Assembly: GCA_902562205.1 (NCBI GenBank)
Contig: CACESO010000004.1
Span: 6,665 to 70,664 of the forward strand
Reading direction: 5' to 3'
Origin: an uncultured Pelagibacteraceae bacterium
GTDB taxonomy: Bacteria > Pseudomonadota > Alphaproteobacteria > Pelagibacterales > Pelagibacteraceae
Length of the DNA: 64,000 nucleotides
Part shown: in pieces, positions 16,613 to 26,400 of the stretch
Layout: each line of letters begins with the position of its first letter
Numbering within the stretch: position 1 is the stretch's first letter
Translations under genes and position numbers: made by a program
The notes under the pieces: generated by a model
Database searches by the model: none
What the model was told of the DNA's origin: nothing
What the model saw: only the letters and a program-made list of their open reading frames with translations

Positions 16613-18207
16613 TATGCGCTCAATATCATATCTGCACCCTTTTCAGCAATCATAATAGTAGGTGCATTAGTGTTCCCAGATGTGATATTCGGCATAATAG
16701 ATGCATCAATAACTCTTAATTTGTTAATTCCATGAACTTTAAGTTTATCCGAAACCACTGCTGACTCATCATTTCCCATTTTGCAAGTACCAACTGGATG
16801 AAATATAGTTTGAGCATAATGACTACAGGCTTTAACTATTTCTTCTTTTTCATTCAGATGTGAACCGGGCCTAAATTCTTCAGGTTGATATTTTTTAAAC
16901 TCATTTGTTTCCATTACAATTTTCCTTATCAATTTAATGCCATCAGCAGCAACTTTTCTATCCTCATCAGTAGATAAATAATTCATCTTTATCTTTGGGT
17001 TTACTTTTGTGTCACTACTACTTATTGATATTTCACCTCTACTTGTTGGCCTTATATTTGCAACAGTTGGAGTGAAAGCATGGAAATCATGAAGGTTTGC
17101 ACCTCCTAATTTATCAGTACTAATTGGTTGAATATGAAATTGTAAATTTGGTGTATCTCTACTTGGATCACTTTTAGCAAAACCACAAAGTTGGCTAGCA
17201 CCCATAGTCATTGGGCCTCTTCTTTTAAACACATACTCAAGTCCAATTAATAGTTTACCAAACACACTATTGATTTTCTTATTTAAAGTTTTTACATTTT
17301 TTACTTTGTAAACTGGCCTGAACATCAGGTGATCTTGAAGGTTTTTACCAACACCCTTAAGATCTCTGACAATTTTTATTCCTAAATCTTTTATTTTTGA
17401 AGCCTCTCCAACACCTGAGGCCTGAAGTATATGAGGGCTTCCAATTGACCCCGCACAAAGTAAAATTTCCTTCTCAGCTTTAACAGTAAAAGTTTCATTA
17501 CCCTTTGAAAAAGTAACGCTATCTGCATTATTTCCATCAAAATTAATTTTTTGGACATGACAGTTTGTTTCAATTTTTAAGTTTTTATTTTTTTTGATAG
17601 GATTTAGATAACCAACTGCGGTGCTGCATCTTAATCCATTCCTCTCTGTAACCTGAAAATAACCACATCCAAAGTTATCTCCTTTATTAAAGTCATTTAC
17701 TTTTGGAATACCAACTTCTTCAGCTGCATTCATAAAAACATCTAAAATATCTAATTTGATTCTTTGATCTGATACAGCTAATGGTCCTCCGACACCATGG
17801 AATTGGTCTTTACCTCTTTCTTGGTCTTCAGCTTTGATAAAATAAGGTAGGACATCTTTCCAAGCCCAACCAACATTTCCGAGCTGTCTCCATAAATCAT
17901 AATCTTGCTCTTGACCCCTTATGTATAAAAGTCCATTAATTGAAGAACTTCCGCCTAATGTTTTTCCTCTTGGATAAGGTATCGAAACATTTTCCATAGT
18001 CTCATCAGGCTCAGTTTTAAAACACCAATCTGTTTTAGGATTGTGCATGGTTTTGTAATAACCTACTGGTATGTGTATCCATGGGTAATTATCTTTACCC
18101 CCTGCTTCAATTAACAAAACTTTATATTTTCCCTTTTTAATTATTCGATTTGCTAAGACACATCCTGCAGAACCAGCACCAATTATAATAAAATCAAATT
18201 TTTCCAT
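16612..18207 (-). CDS. GMC oxidoreductase (choline dehydrogenase / 3-hydroxypropionate dehydrogenase-like)
   Basis: GAGSAG, WIHIPVGY, GKTLGGSSSING, GKNLQDH, TIFHPVGTC, DASIMP..SGNTNAP. Confidence 0.88.
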   Translation of the reverse strand: MEKFDFIIIGAGSAGCVLANRIIKKGKYKVLLIEAGGKDNYPWIHIPVGYYKTMHNPKTDWCFKTEPDETMENVSIPYPRGKTLGGSSSINGLLYIRGQEQDYDLWRQLGNVGWAWKDVLPYFIKAEDQERGKDQFHGVGGPLAVSDQRIKLDILDVFMNAAEEVGIPKVNDFNKGDNFGCGYFQVTERNGLRCSTAVGYLNPIKKNKNLKIETNCHVQKINFDGNNADSVTFSKGNETFTVKAEKEILLCAGSIGSPHILQASGVGEASKIKDLGIKIVRDLKGVGKNLQDHLMFRPVYKVKNVKTLNKKINSVFGKLLIGLEYVFKRRGPMTMGASQLCGFAKSDPSRDTPNLQFHIQPISTDKLGGANLHDFHAFTPTVANIRPTSRGEISISSSDTKVNPKIKMNYLSTDEDRKVAADGIKLIRKIVMETNEFKKYQPEEFRPGSHLNEKEEIVKACSHYAQTIFHPVGTCKMGNDESAVVSDKLKVHGINKLRVIDASIMPNITSGNTNAPTIMIAEKGADMILSA

Positions 18208-18349
18208 TTTGAGTTTTATAACAAAATTTTTGAGTATTTATCACTTAATTAAAGCTTTTTTTATTACTAATAAAGTCAAATGCAACTTGTATAACCTCAT
18301 TTTTTTTGGTTGGATATGGCTTATTAAATTTAACTTAAGAGAGGGAATA

Positions 18350-19441
18350 ATGAAAAAAATCATTTCATTAATGTTTGTAGCATTCTTAGTTCTTGGTTTT
18401 ATATCAAATGCTAATGCTAAAACATTGAAATGTCAGACTGTTCTTAACACTAAGGCTGATGAAGTTAAAATGTTAAAAGACTTTACTGACACTGTAACAG
18501 CTCTTACTGATGGCTCATTAAAATTTGAAATTTTGCCAGCAGGTGCAGTTGTTGGAGTAAAAGAAACATTAGATGCAGTTGACAAAGGTTTAATTGACTG
18601 TGGATTTGCTTGGACACACTATTGGTCAGGTGATCACCCTGCAGCTATGTTATTTGGTTCACCAGTAGCAGGTGGTGGAGTAGGTATCGATAACTTAGCG
18701 TTTTTATCATGGTTCCAATATGGAGGTGGTAAAGAGTTGTATGATCAATTGTGGAAAGAAATGGGAAGAGACATCAAAGGATTTATGCTTCAACCAGTTG
18801 GCCCAGAAGCTTTAGGTTGGTTTCCAAAACCAATTAAAGATATGGCGGACTTTAGAAAATATAAATTCAGAACTCCTCCAGGAATTCCAGGACAAACTTA
18901 CAAAGATATCGGTATAGCATCTGTTGCAATGGGTGGTGGAGACATTCTTCCAGCCTTAGAAGCAGGTACAATCGATGCAGCTGAGTGGTGTTGTCCAAAA
19001 CCAGATTTAACATTTGGTTTCCAAAAAGTTTTAAAACATTACTACCTACAAGGATTACACCAAGTAGTAGTTAATGCTGACTTTTATATCACTGGAAAAA
19101 CTTACAAAGCAATGACAGATCATGAGAAAAAATCTCTTGAAGTTGCTGCTAATGCTTCATTAGCTAAATCTTTAAGCTACAGAATCTATGAAAATGGAAA
19201 AGCTTTACAAGAATTAACTACAAAGCATGGAGTTATTTTAGAAGATACACCTTCAGATTACTTTAAAGAGTACATGGCAGCTGCAAAAGCTACATTGAAT
19301 AAAAATGCGGAACAAAACAAGTTCTTCAAAGAAGTGTACGATTCAATGAAAGAGTTTGCTGATGTTGCTGTTCCATTTTGGAGCGGTGCTCAAATGTCAA
19401 ATGCTAAGCTAGGAATGGCTCACGCAGCGACATTGAAGTAA
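18350..19441 (+). CDS. dctP: TRAP transporter substrate-binding protein (DctP)
   Basis: Start moved to ATG 18350 (GAGGGA RBS, signal peptide MKKIISLMFVAFLVLGFISNANA); YW, GWF.KPI, KFR.PPG, GTIDAAEW. Confidence 0.88.
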   Translation: MKKIISLMFVAFLVLGFISNANAKTLKCQTVLNTKADEVKMLKDFTDTVTALTDGSLKFEILPAGAVVGVKETLDAVDKGLIDCGFAWTHYWSGDHPAAMLFGSPVAGGGVGIDNLAFLSWFQYGGGKELYDQLWKEMGRDIKGFMLQPVGPEALGWFPKPIKDMADFRKYKFRTPPGIPGQTYKDIGIASVAMGGGDILPALEAGTIDAAEWCCPKPDLTFGFQKVLKHYYLQGLHQVVVNADFYITGKTYKAMTDHEKKSLEVAANASLAKSLSYRIYENGKALQELTTKHGVILEDTPSDYFKEYMAAAKATLNKNAEQNKFFKEVYDSMKEFADVAVPFWSGAQMSNAKLGMAHAATLK

Positions 19442-19463
19442 AAATATAAACTTTAAATTTATT

Positions 19464-19493
19464 AAGAGCGGGCTTTACAGCCCGCTCTTTTTG
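19464..19493 (+). terminator. Rho-independent terminator / mRNA-stabilising hairpin after dctP
   Basis: AAGAGCGGGCT-TTAC-AGCCCGCTCTT followed by a T-run. Confidence 0.85.
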
Positions 19494-19507
19494 TTTAAAA
19501 TCTATAT

Positions 19508-20122
19508 ATGAATGATCAACCTCCAAAAATAGATATTTCAGATGAAATGATCGCTGAAAGGCGAGGGGGTTTAGATAAAATGCCCGATGATATGCCATCA
19601 TGGATGGCAAATTCTATCGTCAAGATAGATAAGTTTAGCAAGTTAATAGGAAGTATTGTTTGTTGGATATTGATGCCTTTAATATTTGCTATGACTTATG
19701 AGGTGCTTGCGAGAAAATTATTTTTAGCACCAACAATTTGGGCTTATGACATTAGCAGGTTTCTTTATGGAGCCTTGTTTATGTTGGGAGCAGGTTATGC
19801 TTTATCAAAAGGAGTTCACATAAGAGCAGATTTTTTATACAGAAACTTTAAAACTAAAACGCAAGGTTTAATTGATTTCTGGTTATATATATTATTTTAT
19901 TTTCCTGGCTTAATCGTATTTCTTTATATGACGATTGGTTTTGTTGAAGAGTCTATTAGAAGAGGTGAAAGAGGAATGGATACTACATGGATGCCATATA
20001 TGTGGCCGATCAAGACGTGTTTGTTAGTTGGAATTATCTTTTTATTAGTTCAAGGTTTTTCTGAATTACTAAAAAGTTATTGGGCCGCAAAAAAAGGTGA
20101 GTGGCCTGGAGCGAAAAAATGA
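19508..20122 (+). CDS. dctQ: TRAP transporter small permease (DctQ)
   Basis: YEV.AR, PTIWAYD, HIRADFLY, four TM segments. Confidence 0.88.
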   Translation: MNDQPPKIDISDEMIAERRGGLDKMPDDMPSWMANSIVKIDKFSKLIGSIVCWILMPLIFAMTYEVLARKLFLAPTIWAYDISRFLYGALFMLGAGYALSKGVHIRADFLYRNFKTKTQGLIDFWLYILFYFPGLIVFLYMTIGFVEESIRRGERGMDTTWMPYMWPIKTCLLVGIIFLLVQGFSELLKSYWAAKKGEWPGAKK

Positions 20123-21453
20123 TAGCTGAACTAATTGATCCAGCAATACTTGGTTTTATATTAGTTGGAGTAATGCTATTTGCAATATTTGTTGGTTTCC
20201 CTATTTCTTTTACACTCATATTTCTTGGATTTGTTTTTGGTTATTTAGGTTTTGGAAAATTAGTATTTTATTTAATGACCCTTCAGTTCTCCATGGTAAT
20301 GACCGAGCAGACTCTTGCCGCTGTTCCACTCTTTGTGTTTATGGGAATAATGATGGAACAAGCTGGTTTAATGGAAAGGCTATTTTCAGCTTTTCAATTA
20401 ATGTTATCAAAGGTCAGGGGTGCTTTATATTATGCCGTTTTATTTGTTTCAGTAATTTTTGCAGCTGCAACTGGAATAGTTGGCGCTTCAGTAACGATTT
20501 TAGGAATAATGGCTGCTAAATCAATGAACCGATCTGGATATGATGTAAAACTTGCTGCGGGAACAATAACAGCTGGTGGTACTTTGGGAATTCTAATCCC
20601 ACCAAGTATTATGTTGGTAGTAATGGGCCCAATAATGGAAATACCAGTTATTGATTTATTTGCCGCCGCGATTTTACCTGGGATATTACTTGCGTCTTTA
20701 TATGCAGCTTACACAACAATTAGATGTATGATTAATCCAAAATTAGGACCAGTTTTACCCGAGGATATGAGAGCAGTAAGCATGAGAGAAGTATGGATCG
20801 AATTTTTCTTAGGCTTAGTCCCACCAGCTGCGTTAGTTTTTGCCGCTCTAGGAAGTATTTTATTTGGATTTGCTACACCAACAGAGGCTGCAGGATGTGG
20901 AGCAATGGGTGCACTACTTTTATCACTATCCTATAAAAAATTAACTTTACCAAAACTGCAAGAAGCTCTTGTTAAAACATTAGAAATTACTGCTTTAATA
21001 ATGGTTTTAGTTGCTGCATCAAATTTCTTTGGCGCAGTGTTTGCAAGACTGGGTACCCCAACACTGTTAACTGAATTTTTATTGGGCTTAGAAATGAATA
21101 AATACCTAATACTTACAATGATAATGGTAATGATATTTCTATTAGGTTGGCCGTTAGAATGGGTTCCAATAGTTATGATAATAATTCCAATTATCCTACC
21201 ACTAGTTGAAGCTTTAGGATTTAATCTAACTTGGTTCGCAATTCTTGTGGCAGTTAATTTACAGACCGCCTGGCTGTCTCCACCCGTTGCCTTATCAGCC
21301 TATTTCTTAAAAGGAGTTGTTCCTGAGTGGGATTTAAAGGACATTTATCTTGGTATGATGCAGTTTATGGTCCTTCAAATAATTGGATTAATCATTATTA
21401 TTATATTTCCTAAAATTGTCCTTTGGTTACCTGCTGTCTTGTATGGACAGTAA
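20119..21453 (+). CDS. dctM: TRAP transporter large permease (DctM)
   Basis: ATG 20119 overlaps the dctQ stop; AVPLFVFMG, AAATGIVGAS, GTLGILIPPS, ATPTEAA, NLQTAWLSPP. Confidence 0.9.
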   Translation: MIAELIDPAILGFILVGVMLFAIFVGFPISFTLIFLGFVFGYLGFGKLVFYLMTLQFSMVMTEQTLAAVPLFVFMGIMMEQAGLMERLFSAFQLMLSKVRGALYYAVLFVSVIFAAATGIVGASVTILGIMAAKSMNRSGYDVKLAAGTITAGGTLGILIPPSIMLVVMGPIMEIPVIDLFAAAILPGILLASLYAAYTTIRCMINPKLGPVLPEDMRAVSMREVWIEFFLGLVPPAALVFAALGSILFGFATPTEAAGCGAMGALLLSLSYKKLTLPKLQEALVKTLEITALIMVLVAASNFFGAVFARLGTPTLLTEFLLGLEMNKYLILTMIMVMIFLLGWPLEWVPIVMIIIPIILPLVEALGFNLTWFAILVAVNLQTAWLSPPVALSAYFLKGVVPEWDLKDIYLGMMQFMVLQIIGLIIIIIFPKIVLWLPAVLYGQ

Positions 21454-21477
21454 TACATATTTGTTTAATATGTAATT

Positions 21478-22935
21478 GTGAGCTTAGAAAAAGAAAAATT
21501 TAATCTTACCAACTGGGAAATAGTTTCAGTAAACCCTATTGATAAAAATTGGGACTGGAAAGATATGTTTTGTTTTTGGTCTGCCGGACTTCAGAGCATA
21601 ATGTCTTTTGCTTTAATAGCTTCACTATATCTGGTTTATAATTTAAATTTTTATGAAGTTTTATTTGGGAGTTTGCTAGCTTCTTTGTTGGTGATTTACT
21701 TATCCTATATTGTTGGAAAACCTTCTCAAAAACATGGAATTCCTTTTCCAGTTTTTTTAAGAGTTTCATCTGGATATCAAGGAGCAAAATTTATAAGTTT
21801 AATAAGAGGCGTAGTTGGCATATTTTTTTTTGGTGTTCAAACGTATTTTATTTCTAAATCTATTGGATATTTAATTAGAATTTCTTTGTTTCAAATTGAC
21901 GGCGAAATATTAAACAATGATATATTTTTTAATTATTTTATGACCATGAATTTAATAGACTGGGTGAGCTTTATTTTTACGATCTTTATTCAATATTTTT
22001 TATTCAGTAGGGGACAAAAATTTATAAGAAATTTTATCAATTTTTCAGCTTTGTTTGTTTATTCAGGTTTATTATTATTTTTTGTAGTATTAATTGCTGA
22101 TCCAGATTTGTTTGTTATGGATTCTTTTATAAGTAAAATAAATCTTGAGAATGGACTTTCTAATTTTCAATTTAAAAATATGATTGGCATAACAGGTACT
22201 TTATTCGCGTATTTTTCTATTTTGATAATGAATTTTGGAGACTATTCAAGATACGTAAAGAGCTCTCAAGAACTTCTAAAAGGAAATCTAAGTTTATTGT
22301 TAAGTACGATAATTTACTCATTTTTATTATTAGTCATTGTAATTGGTGCTGATATTTTTTTCAAAAGTAGCCTTATATCAACTCAAAATTTGCTTACAAA
22401 TCCGACAGATATCGTAGGCAAAATTAACAATACCTACATAACTGTTACAGTTTTAATATTTATTTTTTTTGCATCAACTTCAACTAATTTAATTTCAAAT
22501 TATTTTCCTTCACAAAATATATTGCTAAATTTACTCCCAAATAATTTATCTTTAAAAAGTTCTGGTTTTTTAATAATTTTCTTTGGTTTTTTAATTGGAA
22601 TTTTTTGGACACCTTTCTTCAGTCAAAATGGATCCATGTCAATAATTGACACCCTTTCAGCTTTTTTTGGACCGATTTTCGGTGTCATGATTTTTGATTA
22701 TTATGTAGTGAAAAATAAAGTGGTTATAAATAAAGATTTATTTTCAGCAAGAAATGATAGTGCATATCTTTATTCTGCAGGGTGGCATTTAAAAGCGTAT
22801 TATTCTTTTTTAATTGGATTCATATTTTCGTCTGCATCAATTTGGAATTCAAAATTCATGTTTTTAGATACTTTTTCTTTTATAATAGGTTTTATAATTG
22901 CAGGTATCACTTATTATCTACTAGCAAGTGATTGA
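21478..22935 (+). CDS. NCS1 nucleobase/cation symporter family permease
   Basis: GKPSQKHGIPFPVFLR.S.G..GA, FFGVQT, NFGDYSRY, GPIFGVMIFDYY. Confidence 0.85.
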   Translation: MSLEKEKFNLTNWEIVSVNPIDKNWDWKDMFCFWSAGLQSIMSFALIASLYLVYNLNFYEVLFGSLLASLLVIYLSYIVGKPSQKHGIPFPVFLRVSSGYQGAKFISLIRGVVGIFFFGVQTYFISKSIGYLIRISLFQIDGEILNNDIFFNYFMTMNLIDWVSFIFTIFIQYFLFSRGQKFIRNFINFSALFVYSGLLLFFVVLIADPDLFVMDSFISKINLENGLSNFQFKNMIGITGTLFAYFSILIMNFGDYSRYVKSSQELLKGNLSLLLSTIIYSFLLLVIVIGADIFFKSSLISTQNLLTNPTDIVGKINNTYITVTVLIFIFFASTSTNLISNYFPSQNILLNLLPNNLSLKSSGFLIIFFGFLIGIFWTPFFSQNGSMSIIDTLSAFFGPIFGVMIFDYYVVKNKVVINKDLFSARNDSAYLYSAGWHLKAYYSFLIGFIFSSASIWNSKFMFLDTFSFIIGFIIAGITYYLLASD

Positions 22936-23681
22936 TGAATAAATTTGATTTAAATAATAAAAATGCAATTATTACTGGTGGTGCGCAAGGTTTTGGACTT
23001 GATATTGCAAAAAGATTTTTACAATCAGGTGCAAAAGTAATTATATGGGACACTGATGAAAAAGAACTTAAAAAAGCTTCAAAATTAATTAATGATCAAA
23101 ATCTTTCTAGTGATGTTGTAGACGTATCAGACCCAAAGAGTGTCGATGATGTTGTAAACAAAATTACCTTAAAAACAAAAATTGATGTTCTCATTAATAA
23201 TGCAGGAATTACTGGCTCTACAGCGGAATTGTGGAATTATGATTACGAAGAATGGAAAAAGATCATTGATATTAATTTACATGGAACTTTTAATTGTTGT
23301 AAATCAATTGTGCCTCACATGATTAAGAATAATTATGGAAGAATTGTTAATATAGCATCTGTCTCTGGCAAAGATGGAAACGCGAAAGCTAGCGCATATA
23401 GCTCATCAAAAGCAGGGGTAATAGCGCTTACAAAATCTTTAGGCAAGGAACTTGCATATAAAAACATAGCAGTAAATGCAGTAACTCCAGCGGGAGCTAA
23501 AACCAGAATTCTTGACCAAATGTCAAAAGAACATGTTCAAAGAATGCTTTCAAAAGTACCTAGGGCAAGATTTCTCGAATTAGAGGAACTTACATCAATG
23601 GTTTGTTGGTTATCTTCGGCAGAAAACTCTTTTTCAACCGCCGCTGTGTTTGATATTAGCGGCGGAAGATCTACTTATTAG
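22932..23681 (+). CDS. Short-chain dehydrogenase/reductase
   Basis: TGGAQGFG, NNAGITG, YSSSK, FDISGGRSTY. Confidence 0.88.
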   Translation: MMNKFDLNNKNAIITGGAQGFGLDIAKRFLQSGAKVIIWDTDEKELKKASKLINDQNLSSDVVDVSDPKSVDDVVNKITLKTKIDVLINNAGITGSTAELWNYDYEEWKKIIDINLHGTFNCCKSIVPHMIKNNYGRIVNIASVSGKDGNAKASAYSSSKAGVIALTKSLGKELAYKNIAVNAVTPAGAKTRILDQMSKEHVQRMLSKVPRARFLELEELTSMVCWLSSAENSFSTAAVFDISGGRSTY

Positions 23682-23802
23682 GCTTTTCTTTTGGAATTAT
23701 AATATTTGTTTCAAAATACTTGCTTTTCTCGTTAGCTATAACTGGAGCTAAAATTATAACAGACCAATAAATTAAGAGCATAAAAATGGATAAAGTCTTC
23801 AA
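23671..23802 (-). CDS. Small exported/membrane peptide (43 aa), hypothetical
   Basis: TTG start overlaps the upstream TGA; MKTLSIFMLLIYWSVIILAPVIANEKSKYFETNIIIPKEKPNK. Confidence 0.45.
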   Translation of the reverse strand: MKTLSIFMLLIYWSVIILAPVIANEKSKYFETNIIIPKEKPNK

Positions 23803-24005
23803 AGCTTCTCTCCATTATTAGCGCAATTTTCTTTATTTATTTTGTCATCAAATGTCTCAAGGTTATCTTTGTTTATGATCCATACGTATGACTTCTCATA
23901 GGTGTTATCTGAAGCTAACTTTGTGCATTTTTTACCCAATTTAACTGTATGAGTTGAACAGTTTGTTAACAAAATCAACAAGATTAAGGAGATATATTTT
24001 TTCAT
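23799..24005 (-). CDS. Small lipoprotein, hypothetical
   Basis: Start moved to ATG 24005: MKKYISLILLILLTNC (lipobox-like), with two further Cys. Confidence 0.7.
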   Translation of the reverse strand: MKKYISLILLILLTNCSTHTVKLGKKCTKLASDNTYEKSYVWIINKDNLETFDDKINKENCANNGEKL

Positions 24006-24102
24006 AGTAACTTTGTAAGCCTTAAAAATGTATTTTGAATGACTGAAAATTGTCAAAAGTAAGATTTTAAAAAAAATTTGAAAAAAAATTATTTTAGTTT
24101 AT

Positions 24103-24762
24103 ATGAATTTTATGCCTAAATTATTAATTGCATTTTTAATCTTTTTATCATCTATATCTTTTGGCTACTCCCAAAATGTTGAAGTGTTTAAGTTTACTGA
24201 TGAAGAGTTAAGCAATCTTAAAGTCAGAAAAGTTCGTGGAGCCAAAAATATGACTGAATACAAAATTTTAAATGAAGATGGTGCAAATATATTAAAGGCA
24301 GAGGTAGAAAACGGCGGTTCAGGACTGGGCAAGGAAGCACCTATAGATCTGAATCAAACACCATTTTTAAATATTACCTGGAAGGTTGAAAAAGGTTTGC
24401 CTGGTATCGATGAAAAATCAAAAAAAGGTCATGATTTCGCAGCAAGATTTTTTGTTGTTAAGAAAACAGGCATGACTCCATTATCTAACAAGGCAATAAA
24501 TTATGTATTCTCAAGTAATTCATCCATAGGAGAAAATTGGCCTAGCCCATATACTAAAAGTTCGATTGATTATGTTTTATCTAGTATTGATAAAAATAAA
24601 AATGATTGGGTTACAGTCAAAACAAATGTCAAGGAAGACTATAAAAGATTTCACAATTTAAATGTAGATATTTTAGATGGTGTAGCGATCATGGTAGATA
24701 CTGATCAATCAAAATCTAAGGCTATTTCTTATTATAAAAATATATATTTTTCCGCGGAATAA
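24103..24762 (+). CDS. DUF3047-like exported protein
   Basis: Signal peptide; TPFLNITWKV, DE.SK.GHDFAAR, INYV, W.SPY, VAIMVDTD. Confidence 0.7.
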   Translation: MNFMPKLLIAFLIFLSSISFGYSQNVEVFKFTDEELSNLKVRKVRGAKNMTEYKILNEDGANILKAEVENGGSGLGKEAPIDLNQTPFLNITWKVEKGLPGIDEKSKKGHDFAARFFVVKKTGMTPLSNKAINYVFSSNSSIGENWPSPYTKSSIDYVLSSIDKNKNDWVTVKTNVKEDYKRFHNLNVDILDGVAIMVDTDQSKSKAISYYKNIYFSAE

Positions 24763-24779
24763 GTTATTTTGAAGAATTA

Positions 24780-25187
24780 ATGAAAACTTTTACTTTTAAA
24801 CTAAAAGTTTACTATGAAGATACTGATGCTGGTGGTGTCGTATACTATGCAAATTATCTTAAATTTATGGAAAGAGCTAGGAGTGATGCTCTTGAGAACT
24901 TGGGCTTTACTAATAAGTCATTAATTGATGAAACTGGGACCTATATAATAGTTAAATCATGTAATATAAATTATATAAAACCTGCCTCGCTTGAAGATGA
25001 TTTAGAGATCAAATCGAATATAAAAAAAATTACTAAAACTTCTTTTTTTATGTCACAAAAGGTATTTAAGGATAATGATCAAATTACAGATGCGGAAGTT
25101 CATTTAGTAACAATTAATAAAAAAGGTAAGCCTGTCAAAATTCCTGAAGCTTTAAAAGAAGAGCTAGAAAAACTAATTAAATCTTAA
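24780..25187 (+). CDS. ybgC: YbgC/FadM family acyl-CoA thioesterase
   Basis: VYYEDTDAGGVVYYANYLKFMERAR. Confidence 0.88.
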   Translation: MKTFTFKLKVYYEDTDAGGVVYYANYLKFMERARSDALENLGFTNKSLIDETGTYIIVKSCNINYIKPASLEDDLEIKSNIKKITKTSFFMSQKVFKDNDQITDAEVHLVTINKKGKPVKIPEALKEELEKLIKS

Positions 25188-25847
25188 TACTTTTTTAAAA
25201 AGATTTTTCATTTTCATTTCATTAATTCGACCAGTGTTAACGTTTCTTGGACTTGGATGATAACAAGCAACTAACTTGATATTTTTTGGTAGTTTGTAAA
25301 TTTTTCCATGCGAAAAGTTTATTTTTTCTTTGAAACTATAATTTTGTTTGAAAAAAAAAACACAACTATCAAAAGCAATTTTTCCTAAGGCAACAATTGT
25401 CTTTAGATTTTTTAAATTAGTTATCTCGTTATTAAAAAATTGAAAACAGTTTACCAATTCCTCACGATTAGGTTTATCTCCAGGTGGGACACATTTAAGT
25501 GCAGTAGTAATATATGCGTCTGTTAGTTTTAACCCATCATTTATATTGTCTGAATTTGATTGATTTGAAATTTTAACACCGTGTAGGCATTTATAAAGAA
25601 AATCTGATGATTTATCACCGGTAAATACTCTTCCAGTTCTTGTACCGCCATGAGCTGCAGGTGCTAATCCGACAAAAAGAATTTTACCTTTTGTATCTCC
25701 AAAACCAGTGATCGGTTTGCCCCAATAAGTTTCATTTTCATATTGTTTTCTTTTTTCAACAGAAATTTTTTTTCTAAATTTTACTAATCTTGGACATTTG
25801 CCACATTTGATAATAGATTGATTTAATTTTTGAAAATTCGAGTTCAT
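25173..25847 (-). CDS. Uracil-DNA glycosylase family 5 (UdgB-like, Fe-S)
   Basis: Start moved to ATG 25847; CGKCPRL, YWGKP, GLAPAAHGG.RTGRVFTGD.S, KCVPP..KP, YHPSPRN.NTG. Confidence 0.87.
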   Translation of the reverse strand: MNSNFQKLNQSIIKCGKCPRLVKFRKKISVEKRKQYENETYWGKPITGFGDTKGKILFVGLAPAAHGGTRTGRVFTGDKSSDFLYKCLHGVKISNQSNSDNINDGLKLTDAYITTALKCVPPGDKPNREELVNCFQFFNNEITNLKNLKTIVALGKIAFDSCVFFFKQNYSFKEKINFSHGKIYKLPKNIKLVACYHPSPRNVNTGRINEMKMKNLFKKVLRFN

Positions 25848-25848
25848 T

Positions 25849-26400
25849 ATGAAATACTTTAAAATAATATTAGTCTTTTTTCTATTTTTATTAAACAAGA
25901 CTACCTTTGCTAATGAAAATATTGTGGAAATCCTGAAAAAAGAGAACAATATAATATTCATTCGTCATGCTATTGCCCCAGGAAATGGAGATCCCTCAAA
26001 TTTTGACATTTTAGATTGCTCAACTCAAAGAAACCTAAGTAAAGATGGTGAATTACAGGCATTAAAAATCGGCGATTTTTTTAAAAATAATGATATTAAA
26101 ATAACAAAAGTTTTATCAAGCGAATGGTGCAGATGTAAGGATACTGCCAAAATAGCTTTTGGAAATTATGAGACAAAAAATTTTCTAAACTCTTTTTATG
26201 ATAAAAGATTTTCGGAAAATAAAGATAAGCAAATTACAGATTTTCAAAAGTTTATCAAAAATTGGAATAAAACTGGAAATATAGTATTTGTTACTCATTA
26301 TGTTGTAATTTCTGAAATTTTAGACTTAACCACAAGCTCCGGTGAAATTGTAATAACTGACCCTAACTTAAAATTTCTCTCATCATTAGAGATTAATTAA
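25849..26400 (+). CDS. Exported histidine phosphatase (phosphoglycerate mutase family)
   Basis: Signal peptide; FIRHA, CSTQRNLS, SSEWCRC..TA, VTH. Confidence 0.85.
   Translation: MKYFKIILVFFLFLLNKTTFANENIVEILKKENNIIFIRHAIAPGNGDPSNFDILDCSTQRNLSKDGELQALKIGDFFKNNDIKITKVLSSEWCRCKDTAKIAFGNYETKNFLNSFYDKRFSENKDKQITDFQKFIKNWNKTGNIVFVTHYVVISEILDLTTSSGEIVITDPNLKFLSSLEIN

Noticed and set aside
18209-18349. 47-aa N-terminal extension of DctP in the track (similar extensions on dctM, UDG, nuoB, dnaE, rpsB and the lipoprotein)
   Set aside because: Downstream ATGs fit better with RBS, signal peptide or stop/start overlap; the extensions are longest-ORF artefacts.
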